Origin: an uncultured Thermoprotei archaeon
GTDB taxonomy: Archaea > Thermoproteota > Thermoprotei > Thermofilales > B15-G2
Reading direction: 5' to 3'
DNA: 64,000 bases
Assembly (NCBI GenBank): GCA_965367815.1
Contig: CBDUKN010000012.1
Coordinates: 1 to 64,000 of the forward strand
Shown one piece after another: positions 29,191 to 38,779 of this stretch (the stretch's first letter is position 1; each line of letters starts with the position of its first letter). The notes below the pieces were generated by a model. It was not told the DNA's origin, ran no database searches, and saw only the letters and a list, made by a program, of their open reading frames with translations. The position numbers were made by a program, and so were the translations under genes.

Positions 29191-30147
29191 GTGAAAATAG
29201 GCTTAATTGAAGTAAGTCACTGGCACTCCGGCATGTATATTGACGCCCTATTGGATCTCGGAGAAAACATTGTGGCTATTTCTGATAGAGATGAAGCTAT
29301 CGCTAAAAAGGTAGCAGAGAAAGTAAAGTGTCGTTACTATACTGACTACAGAGAAATGCTCGAGAAAGAAGACCTAGATTTTGTGTTCTCTTTTGGGAGA
29401 CACATAGACATGCCTGAGATAATAGAGACTTTAATAGATTGTGAAATACCTTTTAATACTGAGAAGCCCTGTGGAGTAGACTATAGGGCTGTAGAGAAAT
29501 TAGCAGAAAAAGCTTGCGAGAAAAAACTTTTTGCAAGCGTATCTTTTGTTAAAAGAATATCTATTAAGGTAAAAGAGATACTAGATTCTTTGAATAAAAT
29601 AGGTGAAGTGAAGTATATGTACTTTAAGTACGTTACAGGTCCCCCTAGCCGATATATTGAGTGGAAGTGCCCATGGATGCTCGAGAAAAAGCTCGCTGGC
29701 GGGGGCTGTTTAATAAATCTCGGCGTACACTACATAGATCTAGTACATTATTTGACGGGAGAAGAAGCCGAAGTAGAGTACTCCCTTGTACTAAGCGAAA
29801 TATATGGTCTCAGTGTAGAAGAGTACGCTTTAGTAGTCCTCAAAACAGCCAAGACACATAGCGTAGTGGAGGTAGCTTATACTCCCTGCCGCAAGGCAGA
29901 AGAATATTTCTCTATTATCGGTACTTCAGGCAGAATTATTTTGTCTGAGAAAAAGCTAATTAAGTGTCTCGGTAAAGAAAAAGAAGTAATTGATGTAAAA
30001 GAAAACGAGTACTTTAAATTCGTTGAAGAAACTATTAATAGGTTTAAAAGAGGAGACAAGCCTGTAGCCTGCCTCGAAGATGCAGCAAAAGTACTGAAAG
30101 TAGTTAATAAAGCTTATAGTAAAGTTGAGTCTAGCACCTCGGTTTAA
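29191..30147 (+). CDS. Gfo/Idh/MocA oxidoreductase
   Basis: YTDYREML, EKP, GGGCLINLGVHYID. Confidence 0.9.
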   Translation: MKIGLIEVSHWHSGMYIDALLDLGENIVAISDRDEAIAKKVAEKVKCRYYTDYREMLEKEDLDFVFSFGRHIDMPEIIETLIDCEIPFNTEKPCGVDYRAVEKLAEKACEKKLFASVSFVKRISIKVKEILDSLNKIGEVKYMYFKYVTGPPSRYIEWKCPWMLEKKLAGGGCLINLGVHYIDLVHYLTGEEAEVEYSLVLSEIYGLSVEEYALVVLKTAKTHSVVEVAYTPCRKAEEYFSIIGTSGRIILSEKKLIKCLGKEKEVIDVKENEYFKFVEETINRFKRGDKPVACLEDAAKVLKVVNKAYSKVESSTSV

Positions 30148-30544
30148 TGTATTTGTATTTTAGTTGAATATCTTGGTATTCGCCTACAGCTTCTTTGAGA
30201 AAGAGACTATAGGCTCCTGGAAATTTTTCATATATTACTGTGCCTTCACATGCTACTTTTAGTTTGAACCATGCTGGTGCCTCGTCTACTGCTCTAACGT
30301 CTACTTGTACTCCGGTGGCTTTAGTGAGCTTTAAGCAAAGCTCTGTTTCAAAACGTAAGAAATCATCAACTAGTTCTCCTGCGTATACTGCTATATCGAT
30401 ATCTCTGAAAAAACTTCTTCGTGTGAAGCTTCCGTAGATAATCGCCAAGAGTACTTTTTCTTCCTTTGAGAGAACTTCTTTAATACGTTTAACTAAGACT
30501 CTTTTCTTTTCAGCTGTAGCCTCATAGTACTTAATATCCTTCAA
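30131..30544 (-). CDS. MntA-like nucleotidyltransferase antitoxin
   Basis: YGSFTRRSFFRDIDIAV; VDV. Confidence 0.85.
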   Translation of the reverse strand: MKDIKYYEATAEKKRVLVKRIKEVLSKEEKVLLAIIYGSFTRRSFFRDIDIAVYAGELVDDFLRFETELCLKLTKATGVQVDVRAVDEAPAWFKLKVACEGTVIYEKFPGAYSLFLKEAVGEYQDIQLKYKYIKPRC

Positions 30545-30956
30545 GGTAATTCACCAACTCTTTTACAAACTTTTTAATAACTGAGATACCTGTGTTTTTT
30601 GCTTCCTGATATATTCTAGAATCATCTATTAGCCAGTATCTGTGGACAATAAGGTTTCTCAGTCTAGCGAGCGAAGCCATTTCTTTGGCCACATTTAAGC
30701 TTAGTACTCCGTGATATGCAAGTTTAATGAATGCTTCTCCGTAGCTCTCGACATTCTCATTGAAAGCCTCAGAGAGTATGTGCATAGCTATGGATACTGC
30801 TGACTCGACTACAATTAATATGAGGTGTCTTAAGGTAAAGCGAGACTTATAATCCTTAATAAAGTCTTCTTCATTTTCTTTGATTATTTCTTCAATGTAC
30901 TGCAGTGCCTCATTTATTTCATCTAGTCTTCGCTTAACGAGTCTTTTGTCTATCAA
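30531..30956 (-). CDS. HepT-like (DUF86) HEPN RNase toxin
   Basis: RNLIVHRY (Rx4HxY). Confidence 0.9.
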   Translation of the reverse strand: MIDKRLVKRRLDEINEALQYIEEIIKENEEDFIKDYKSRFTLRHLILIVVESAVSIAMHILSEAFNENVESYGEAFIKLAYHGVLSLNVAKEMASLARLRNLIVHRYWLIDDSRIYQEAKNTGISVIKKFVKELVNYLEGY

Positions 30957-31030
30957 TTTAGGCCACTATAGTCTAAGTATTCAACACGGTAATATATCTT
31001 TGCCAAGTGTCAGTAAAATTAATGAAAGAA

Positions 31031-32068
31031 TTAGCTTCTTTTAAGGTACTCAAGTACTTGGTCTCTTGCAAAGTAGTAGAGTACTGATTTTGCCCGACGG
31101 GACTCTTTAAAGGAGACTATTCTCTCCTTGTCTTCCTTTACACTGTACTCTACTATCTTTAAAGTACTGTAGTCTTTAAGGTAGCTTAAATGCCAGTGAA
31201 GTTCTACGAGATTTAAAGGATTTTCACTAGAATCTAGTACTCCTAAAGTATACTGTGTTGGATCGATCCATATCCATTTGTTAAAGTCTTTGCAGAAAAC
31301 TTCTGTTGTAGTGTGTGCTGGAGACACTAGTAGGCCCTTTTCTTCGTCTTTGTACAGCATGTTTCTAACTATTATTTTTCTACAAGGAATATTTAGTGCA
31401 CAGCATATGTAGGAGTATATTTCTGCGATGTTACTGCACCATACTCTGTCTTCTCCATTTACTGCTCTAAAGTACTGTTTCAGCGGGTTTAAGTTCTCCA
31501 TAGTGTCAGAAGGTATTCCTCTATGTGGCTCAAGTTCTTTTATAATGCTTTTAGCTATGTTTTTAGCCGCAGAGTACATGTTGTCAGAATTTTCTACTAA
31601 GTGTCCCCATTTTTCTCGAATTATTTCTTTGTCTTCCAGTGGTACTTTATAAGCCATCCATTCTTCGACAAGTATAGGCATGTATGGTATTTCTGTTTCT
31701 TCTACAATTATCCATGAGACTTCTACTGTTCTTCCTTTCTTTGAGTAAAATTCATGAGGATAGAATCCTATTTTTATTTTCTTGAATTCTGTTTCTTTTG
31801 CGTCTGCTACTGCTTTAACTTCTACTTCATAGTGCTGTGGCTCATTATTCTCAGTGAACTCTAGTACTATTTCTTTGTCTGTTGTCTCTATTTTTCCTTT
31901 ATTTACTCTATATGCAAAGTACTTTAAGTTTTTTAGAGAAGAGTATAGAGTTATTTTTATTTTTAATTTATTTTCGAGTATTTTTATTTCCTTTAGAGCT
32001 ATTTCTTCAAGTCGAGGATAGAGTTCTGCATATTTTCCTTCTAGAATTATGTGGTCTGCAGTAGACAC
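31031..32068 (-). CDS. Transglutaminase-like domain protein
   Basis: Cys-His-Asp triad pattern WCSNIA, HTTTEVF, WIWIDPT. Confidence 0.8.
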   Translation of the reverse strand: MSTADHIILEGKYAELYPRLEEIALKEIKILENKLKIKITLYSSLKNLKYFAYRVNKGKIETTDKEIVLEFTENNEPQHYEVEVKAVADAKETEFKKIKIGFYPHEFYSKKGRTVEVSWIIVEETEIPYMPILVEEWMAYKVPLEDKEIIREKWGHLVENSDNMYSAAKNIAKSIIKELEPHRGIPSDTMENLNPLKQYFRAVNGEDRVWCSNIAEIYSYICCALNIPCRKIIVRNMLYKDEEKGLLVSPAHTTTEVFCKDFNKWIWIDPTQYTLGVLDSSENPLNLVELHWHLSYLKDYSTLKIVEYSVKEDKERIVSFKESRRAKSVLYYFARDQVLEYLKRS

Positions 32069-32091
32069 TTGCTATAGGGATTGAACGGAAT

Positions 32092-32271
32092 ATATTAATT
32101 GCGAATGGTAGTGTAAATTACTATTCCTGTAAAGCTACAGTTATAGTGGAAGTTGTTTTGCCTCCTAGTTTGCTTGAATAAGTACTTGAATACAGGGAGT
32201 TAATTGCTGTACTTATTTTAGTGCTTTTTATAGCTTTATTACTTAGGAAAATTATGAAGAAGAGTGAGTAG
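32092..32271 (+). pseudogene. 3' remnant of a membrane-anchored surface protein
   Basis: ILIANGSVNYYSCKATVIVEVVLPPSLLE*VLEYRELIAVLILVLFIALLLRKIMKKSE*; TAA at 32179-32181. Confidence 0.5.
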
Positions 32272-32715
32272 GGTCAGCAATAGTATGCATATGAAGAGTA
32301 CTAGATTTACTCTAATGACTTCTTTGTAGTAGCTGTAGGGACTTACTACAATTAATTTTTCTATAACTATGTCTACTTTACTGGCTAGCTGTACTCCTTT
32401 AGATGATATTGGCCATAAGATTTTTACTGGTGGTCCGCCTGTCGTAGAGTCTATTGCTATATGTAGGAGAGGAAGAACTGCTAGCAGTACTGCTTGTGTT
32501 GTGCTGAAGCCTATGTTTTCGAGTACTATTGATAGGAGTATTGCTGCTGGAAAGAGTACTATGATCGAGTGGCTAATGGCTCTATGTTTTAGAGTAAATG
32601 CGTCTATGTCAGGTATTTCTGATAAGAGTACTGCTATAATCCATGTCAGTGGGTTTCTGCTTACTAAAACTCCTGCTACTAGCCCTAAAGTAGCGTGAGT
32701 GAATGTATCGGGCAT
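32239..32715 (-). CDS. Membrane-bound metal-dependent hydrolase (YdjM-like)
   Basis: TH, PDID, HRAISHS, HIAID, LWP. Confidence 0.85.
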   Translation of the reverse strand: MPDTFTHATLGLVAGVLVSRNPLTWIIAVLLSEIPDIDAFTLKHRAISHSIIVLFPAAILLSIVLENIGFSTTQAVLLAVLPLLHIAIDSTTGGPPVKILWPISSKGVQLASKVDIVIEKLIVVSPYSYYKEVIRVNLVLFICILLLTLLTLLHNFPK

Positions 32716-32778
32716 ATTCTATACTATTTTAGCGTATTAAAGAACCTGCCTACTTTTAGCCTAGCTTGTAGAATTATT

Positions 32779-34203
32779 TTAGTTAACTTGAATGCTGAAC
32801 TGCTTTACTAGAGGTTTTTCTTTATCGAAGTCTTTTTCTATGTCTTTTAGCGAATATAGTATTACGTTTTCTTCTTCTTTGAAAGTAAAGCCTGTTTTAG
32901 AGTATATTATGTATGTGTTTTCTCTTTCTTTCTTTTTCCACTTGAAGTTTTCTGACTTTGATATGAGGGAATAAAGTACTTTTTTGTCTACTGGCTTGTT
33001 TGTCCACTTTACTTCAACAAAGTATACTTTTCTATTCTTTTCATCGACTGCCACTATGTCTATTTCTGTTTCGCTGTTCCACCATTTGCCTATTTTGGTG
33101 AACGGCATTTTGCCTTTTTTTGCTTGTAGAGCCATATGTTGGAGAGCTATTTTTTCGAATGTTGTTGAAGCATGTTTATCTATTTTTTCCTTTATTTCAT
33201 TTAGTACTCTTTTATGTAGACCTAACTCTAAGAGAGGTATATTTGGTCTAATAAACTTGAACCAGAACTGGAAAAAGTTGTCGCGAATATAGTATCTTGC
33301 TTTACCTTTTCTGCCTTCTTCCATTAATGGATACTTTTTCTCGATGAGGTCTAATTTTTTTTGAAGTACTCTTATGTACTTGCTTACCTCATTAATTTTT
33401 ACTCCAGCTTTGTCTGCTATTTCGCCAAGTTTTGTTGCTCCTTCTGCCATTACTTCGAGTATTCTCATGTAGCGTGAAGGTTCTCTCAGCTCCATTGCTA
33501 AGAGGTTAAAGGGTTCTTCTCTGAGAGGTGCTCCTGTTTTTAAAATTAGGTTTTCGACATTTTCCATTAAGCTGACTTTATTATCCAGTAGTGCTAAGTA
33601 GCCCGGTACTCCTCCGAATATAGAGTAACATCTAACTTTATCTACAGGCGAGAAGTTTTGCATAAAGACTCTTGCGCTCCGGTAGTCTAGCTCCTTTAAT
33701 TTTATTATTTTTGAGGCCCTGCCGTAAAGCGGAGCTTCGTAAGATAAACCTATTTTATCAATCATTCCTACGGCTGATCCAGCTAGTATTAAAACAATGT
33801 TTCTTTTAGAGAGCTCGCTGTCCCATATGCTTTGAAGCTCTGTCACACCTCCTGTGCCCCATAGTCTTTGAAACTCGTCTATTACAATGATTCTCACCCC
33901 TGATACTGGGAAGAGCTTGTAGAGATCTGTGAAACTCTCGACTAATGGCTTGTAAGGCATCTTTACTTGCCTTAAAAACTGTCTGGTAAGGTCGCGTAGT
34001 GCTAGTTCTCTATCTTCGTAGTTTACTATCAAGTAAATGGAGTCTCGGCTTCTAGCAAAAAAGTTTATTAAAAATGTTTTCCCTATTCGTCTTCTTCCAT
34101 ATATGATTACTAGAGCAGATTTTCCACTGCTATAGACTTCTTCTAAACTTTTTAGCTCTTCTTCTCTGTCAACGAATATTATACTCATAAGTATTATACT
34201 CAA
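32779..34203 (-). CDS. Archaeal ATPase (AAA + wHTH + DUF234/PD-(D/E)XK-like tail)
   Basis: FVDREEEL, GRRRIGKT, IDEFQ, GGVPGYL, DNFFQFWF, EIDIV...EVKW. The start may be ATG 34188. Confidence 0.92.
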   Translation of the reverse strand: MSIILMSIIFVDREEELKSLEEVYSSGKSALVIIYGRRRIGKTFLINFFARSRDSIYLIVNYEDRELALRDLTRQFLRQVKMPYKPLVESFTDLYKLFPVSGVRIIVIDEFQRLWGTGGVTELQSIWDSELSKRNIVLILAGSAVGMIDKIGLSYEAPLYGRASKIIKLKELDYRSARVFMQNFSPVDKVRCYSIFGGVPGYLALLDNKVSLMENVENLILKTGAPLREEPFNLLAMELREPSRYMRILEVMAEGATKLGEIADKAGVKINEVSKYIRVLQKKLDLIEKKYPLMEEGRKGKARYYIRDNFFQFWFKFIRPNIPLLELGLHKRVLNEIKEKIDKHASTTFEKIALQHMALQAKKGKMPFTKIGKWWNSETEIDIVAVDEKNRKVYFVEVKWTNKPVDKKVLYSLISKSENFKWKKKERENTYIIYSKTGFTFKEEENVILYSLKDIEKDFDKEKPLVKQFSIQVN

Positions 34204-34225
34204 GAGTATTATACTCTAGAGTATA
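34181..34225. repeat. Three tandem 15-bp palindromic units over the ATPase start/promoter
   Basis: ATACTCATAAGTATT / ATACTCAAGAGTATT / ATACTCTAGAGTATA; ATACTCTAGAGTAT is a perfect 14-bp palindrome. Confidence 0.9.
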
Positions 34226-34251
34226 AAAATCTTGCGATTGACGACTCTATC

Positions 34252-35946
34252 TTATAGAGGATATTTTGAACCTAGCATTCTGTATATTTTGTTTAATTGA
34301 TTCAAAGCTTCTCTCCACTTTTTCTTTAGACAGAGTTCTTCAGCCTTACTGATGTAGCTTTCTGCCTCGCTTATTGTTTCCTTAAGCAGATTTCTTTTCT
34401 TGGCCTCTTCTAGAAGCCTCTTACATAAGGTTAGACCGTAGACAGGATTGAGCATTGCTACGAATTCGTGAAAGTTTACTAAAACAAAGTCACTGTCTGC
34501 TGAGAGTTTATCAGCGACTATTCTGAGAGGCTTAAGGCTCTTATATCTCCACGGGACGCAGATAATTAGCGCGTGTAGTGGCCTCTTCTTGTATACTGTT
34601 GCTATTGCTTTAAGCCATCCGTAGACTTTTTCTTCTTCGCCTTCCCAAAACTCTACTGTTCCAGGAATTATTGGTACAGGAGAATCCTTCAAGTGATATG
34701 GGAAAATATCCATTCCTCGGTAGCCCAGCTTAATTGCCAGCAGTCCTGTTTCCGCATACTTGGGCAACGACTCTCCGTCAAGAAATTCTCCCAGTATTTC
34801 AGTGAACTTTAGGCCCGACTCCTCGAGGTACTTACGGGACATTTTTAGGAAAGTGTCTATGTAGTCTGGGTTTACGTTAGGATACCAGTATCCTGCTCCA
34901 CTAGGCCCTGACACAAAAGTGTCTTGACTGCTAGCTGTCTCAGCGTAATACTTCATTATGAGGGGAGCGAGCTCTTTAAGGAAAGGCGATATAGTCCAGG
35001 CTACAGGTATTTTGCCTCGATCGGGGTCTTCCCAGAAATCCTTCATCATGAAGTCCCACTGTATGTTGTCGCCATCATTCATATAGAAAGTCACGTACAC
35101 TTTATCTTTACCGAGTTTACTGAAGTCTATTGGTGGTAAAGGATATTTACACTTTACTCTAATTCCAGACCATACTGTTAAATTAGATGTTAGGAAAGGA
35201 CTGCCAGTAATTACTACAACAAATTTTCTGTGCTCTGAAGCTAGCCTAACTGTAATATGTTCTGTTTCACGATACCAGCCTAGTACAGCTGAGTTATCAG
35301 GCATTTCTTTAAGCAGTCTACAGAAAAGCTCTCTTTCCTCAGATATTCTAGGATCTAAGTAGTGAGCAAAAATCTTTACTGCTGTCACATAGTCTCTAAA
35401 AGCTATCTGCAGGAGCCTGGAGTCAGAATAAGGCTTCATTGGAGCTAAAAGCCTCTTATTGACTTTAGGCCAGAGCCTTCTATAAGCCCACTTATATGCC
35501 TCAAGTCTGCTTTTGAATCTTCCTCTAAAGTCTTCAAGAAGCTTTAAGCCCTTTTTTTCAGCCCACTCGCTATCCTCAGGACTCACTACTAGAGCATCTA
35601 TAAGTCCTGATAATGTGTTAGCTACATTAAGTGTATCCGGTACACTAGGGTCGAAGACAATGTATCCTTTAGCATAACTCAAGTATTTTTCAAAGACTTT
35701 ATCTAAATCTATTTTAGCTACTTCGATTCCATGTTTCTCTATTAACTTAAGTAAATCAGCGTCTCTATCCGAAAGCAGTACGTAAATTCTAGGCTCTTCT
35801 CTATTAACAAGACCTTGGAGAATAAGTAGAGGAAGCCACCTCCAGTTCTTTCTGAAATCTATTTTTCTTAAGTCTACGACTTCAAGTCGCTTCGGCTCAC
35901 TAAACTTAGGAAAAACTCTATCTTCAGACCAACTTATACCCGCCAC
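34252..35946 (-). CDS. GxGYxYP-domain putative glycoside hydrolase
   Basis: LQGLVNR, DGDNIQW, RGKIPVAWT, SGAGYWYP. Confidence 0.9.
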   Translation of the reverse strand: MAGISWSEDRVFPKFSEPKRLEVVDLRKIDFRKNWRWLPLLILQGLVNREEPRIYVLLSDRDADLLKLIEKHGIEVAKIDLDKVFEKYLSYAKGYIVFDPSVPDTLNVANTLSGLIDALVVSPEDSEWAEKKGLKLLEDFRGRFKSRLEAYKWAYRRLWPKVNKRLLAPMKPYSDSRLLQIAFRDYVTAVKIFAHYLDPRISEERELFCRLLKEMPDNSAVLGWYRETEHITVRLASEHRKFVVVITGSPFLTSNLTVWSGIRVKCKYPLPPIDFSKLGKDKVYVTFYMNDGDNIQWDFMMKDFWEDPDRGKIPVAWTISPFLKELAPLIMKYYAETASSQDTFVSGPSGAGYWYPNVNPDYIDTFLKMSRKYLEESGLKFTEILGEFLDGESLPKYAETGLLAIKLGYRGMDIFPYHLKDSPVPIIPGTVEFWEGEEEKVYGWLKAIATVYKKRPLHALIICVPWRYKSLKPLRIVADKLSADSDFVLVNFHEFVAMLNPVYGLTLCKRLLEEAKKRNLLKETISEAESYISKAEELCLKKKWREALNQLNKIYRMLGSKYPL

Positions 35947-36026
35947 AGCTTTATCTCGAATTATATGTTTAAATAACTATGTTCAAGTTATTTATATCTG
36001 TAAGAAAACTCGAATATTAAGTTATT

Positions 36027-36638
36027 TTATATTTTATGCTTCACTATATTTCTCAAATGAGTGTAAACTACTGCTGCTAGTAAATGGTCTACAAGAAAGT
36101 CTTGTGGAATAAAAATTAGCGCGCCGACTACAATAGCTATGACCGCGCAGCTATGAGGAATACTGAGTAAGCTAGCTACAGTAAACGCCCATGTTTTAAT
36201 AGGTCCTTCTACAGCAGTAAGCCAGTAGTAAAGCCATACTACTCCGAGCAAGTATATCAAAGAAGACATAGTATTACATACTAGCCAGAACTTGAGTACA
36301 CTAGGTTTCTTTATTCTTCTAGCACTCCAGCTAGCTAAATAAGCTGCTAGAGGAAAAGCCCAGAGATAGCCTGCTGTAGGACCTATGAGCACTAGTATTC
36401 CTCCTCTTGCCCCTGCTGCAACAGGAAAACCGAAAGCTATTAACATTAAGTAGAAGATCTGTGAGAGACAAGCATACTCGGGAGGCAGCAGTAAAGCAGA
36501 TAAAAATATAGCGAAATTTTGCATGGTATACGGTATAGGCCCCAAGTAGAAACACAGCTGGGCCATGACAGCCGTTAAGCCGGACATAAGTCCAGCTAAC
36601 ATCAGTAAGAAAATATTTTCTCTACTACTATTGTTCAT
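36027..36638 (-). CDS. bioY: Biotin transporter BioY
   Basis: PIPYTMQ, GFPVAAG, GPTAGYL; divergent from birA. Confidence 0.9.
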   Translation of the reverse strand: MNNSSRENIFLLMLAGLMSGLTAVMAQLCFYLGPIPYTMQNFAIFLSALLLPPEYACLSQIFYLMLIAFGFPVAAGARGGILVLIGPTAGYLWAFPLAAYLASWSARRIKKPSVLKFWLVCNTMSSLIYLLGVVWLYYWLTAVEGPIKTWAFTVASLLSIPHSCAVIAIVVGALIFIPQDFLVDHLLAAVVYTHLRNIVKHKI

Positions 36639-36665
36639 GGTTTACTGTAAAAGAATCAGTTTATA
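36639..36665. promoter_or_regulatory. Possible BirA operator over the bioY promoter
   Basis: GGTTTAC-N13-GTTTATA resembles the TGTtAAC-N14/15-GTTaACA BirA box; imperfect match. Confidence 0.3.
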
Positions 36666-36716
36666 ACACTACTGACTTTGCTGACTCAATTAAACTTAAA
36701 ACAATTTATTGAACCG

Positions 36717-37040
36717 CTAGCAATCTACTTTTTTATTTCTAGCATATAGGAGAATATTTTCTGCTAACTTTAAGATATCTTTATACTTTCTCTCAGCTAA
36801 TATTTTTCTACAAGACTTAAAGATATAGTAGCATAGCCATGAACAACGATATTCCTAGTAACCTATAATTTTCTGCATTAATTTAGCTTCATCTTCCTTA
36901 AGTACTCCTATTTGCTTGAGCACAACTGCAGTCTCACTATATGTTGACGGAGGTTTTTCTCCTAGCTCTCCAATCAAGTGACATGCCATATCTATAAGAG
37001 CTTAAATAGACACTTATAGAATATGCTGTAGCAATATTTT
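36717..37040 (-). pseudogene. HepT/DUF86 toxin pseudogene
   Basis: HIL*VSI*ALIDMACHLIGELGEKPPSTYSE...KIIG-(frameshift)-RNIVVHGY...ARNKKVDC*. Confidence 0.8.
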
Positions 37041-37070
37041 ATTTAATTTAAGTATAGTTAAATGAGATAA

Positions 37071-38066
37071 ATGTCTTCACCAAAACCGCTTGAAGACAAA
37101 GTACTAGATATTTTGCTCAGCAATGCTGGCAGTTATGTGAGTGGAGCTGAAATAGCTTCAGCTCTAGGTGTTTCACGAATGGCTGTAAGTAAAGCCGTTA
37201 ATAATTTAAAGAAAAAGGGTCATGTTATTAGATCTCATCCTCGTTTAGGCTACTGCTACATTGACACAGACGATTTACTCTATTTAGAAGAGTATTTGAG
37301 AGACCTCTCTACAAGACTTAGATACCGTGTAGTATACTTTGAAGAAGCTACTTCAACACAAGATATTGCTCGCTCACTAGCCAATGCCGGTGTAGAGGAA
37401 GGCACCATAGTGATTGCTGAGAAACAGAGCTGCGGCAGAGGTAGGCTAGGTAGAGATTGGATTTCTCCTCCAGGCGGCCTATGGTTTACAATTATACTAA
37501 GGCCTCCTATTCCTCCATCTAAAATAACTCTCCTCAGTCTGCTTACAGGCTGTGCAGTAGCACTAGGAATAATGGATATAACGGGACTTAATCCTCGCTT
37601 AAAGTGGCCTAACGACGTCCTTTTAGATGAAAAGAAAACAGCAGGTATACTCGTAGAGGCAGTTACTGAAACTGACTTAATTAAGTACGCTTTTGTTGGA
37701 ATAGGAGTAAATGTCAACAATGAAATTCCTCGAGAAATAGCAGATATAGCTACTTCTGTGAGCCAAGAACTTGGGCGCAGAGTCTCTAGAGTAGCTTTAA
37801 TGCGTGCAATACTGAAAAGACTGGAAGAACTTTACACTAAGCTAGTTTATGGGTATGTAGACCATATTATTAAAGTCTGGAAATCTCTATCAAGTACTCT
37901 CGGTAAAAGAGTTGTAGTATATTTGAGCGAGAAAGATAAAGTAGAAGGATTAGCAATAGATGTAGATAGTGAAGGCCTACTTATAGTGAAAACAGATGAA
38001 GGCAAACTAGTGAAAATTTATTTTGGTGACATAATTCACTTAAGACATAAAACATATTCTGGTTAA
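37071..38066 (+). CDS. birA: Bifunctional biotin ligase/repressor BirA
   Basis: N-terminal HTH (SGAEIASALGVSRMAV), STQD, GRGRLGR, KWPND, GIGVNV. Confidence 0.95.
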   Translation: MSSPKPLEDKVLDILLSNAGSYVSGAEIASALGVSRMAVSKAVNNLKKKGHVIRSHPRLGYCYIDTDDLLYLEEYLRDLSTRLRYRVVYFEEATSTQDIARSLANAGVEEGTIVIAEKQSCGRGRLGRDWISPPGGLWFTIILRPPIPPSKITLLSLLTGCAVALGIMDITGLNPRLKWPNDVLLDEKKTAGILVEAVTETDLIKYAFVGIGVNVNNEIPREIADIATSVSQELGRRVSRVALMRAILKRLEELYTKLVYGYVDHIIKVWKSLSSTLGKRVVVYLSEKDKVEGLAIDVDSEGLLIVKTDEGKLVKIYFGDIIHLRHKTYSG

Positions 38067-38068
38067 AT

Positions 38069-38779
38069 CTAAGCTATTTTTCCATATATTATTTCAATTC
38101 CATATTCTTTAGCTTTTTTAAATACTTCTTCTGATAAATTTCTCGTTATCGTAGGCGTTATAAGGAATACATAGTCAGGTTTGCGTCCATAAATCCCTTC
38201 AACAAGTAGAACTCTTTCGAGAACTTTATCTAATTCGCTTAAATCCTCTAATACAGCCGTCACTTCAGCTACTATTAGTGGATTCTCATTAAATATATTG
38301 ATTTCTATTTCTCTACTATCTAATTTGAAGACTTTTCTTTCAAGCTTTAACTTGTCTTTAGGAATTCCCCTAGCTTCAAGTAGCCCTCTGAGAAAACTTC
38401 TGCTAAACTCTTCTAGTGTTAGACCCATAGCACTTCTTAGCTCTATAAAAGCCGCTTTAAGCCCCTGAACATCACCTTTAAGTTCCCTTACTTCAGTTTT
38501 TAGCTCTTTTACTTCAGTTTTAAGCTCTTCAATTATCTTTTCATGTTTCTCAAGCAATTTTCCATATTTAACAACTTCTTTTTGGAGATTACTGATAATT
38601 TTAGTGTGCTCATAAACTTGTTTTTGCAAATTATATATAGCTTTACTCTGTTCAGCTACCTGCCTTTGTAGATCATGAATACTCTTTACTACTTCATCCA
38701 GACCTAAATATCCTAGCACAGTATACCTAAATTCTATATCTTCTCTAAGTAAACGCAGTATTTCTTCTTTAAGCTTCAT
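38069..38779 (-). CDS. Crenarchaeal-type coiled-coil protein with PD-(D/E)XK-like C-terminus (DUF3782/paREP-like)
   Basis: LKEEILRLLREDIEFRY..GYLG, heptad repeats, EIEINI...VAEVT. Confidence 0.75.
   Translation of the reverse strand: MKLKEEILRLLREDIEFRYTVLGYLGLDEVVKSIHDLQRQVAEQSKAIYNLQKQVYEHTKIISNLQKEVVKYGKLLEKHEKIIEELKTEVKELKTEVRELKGDVQGLKAAFIELRSAMGLTLEEFSRSFLRGLLEARGIPKDKLKLERKVFKLDSREIEINIFNENPLIVAEVTAVLEDLSELDKVLERVLLVEGIYGRKPDYVFLITPTITRNLSEEVFKKAKEYGIEIIYGKIA
38488..38529. repeat. 21-bp tandem repeat encoding coiled-coil heptads
   Basis: TTACTTCAGTTTTTAGCTCTT / TTACTTCAGTTTTAAGCTCTT (ELKTEVK/ELKTEVR). Confidence 0.85.

Noticed and set aside
34181-34225. Mini-CRISPR interpretation of the 15-bp repeats
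   Set aside because: The units are contiguous with no spacers, too short, and no cas genes are present.
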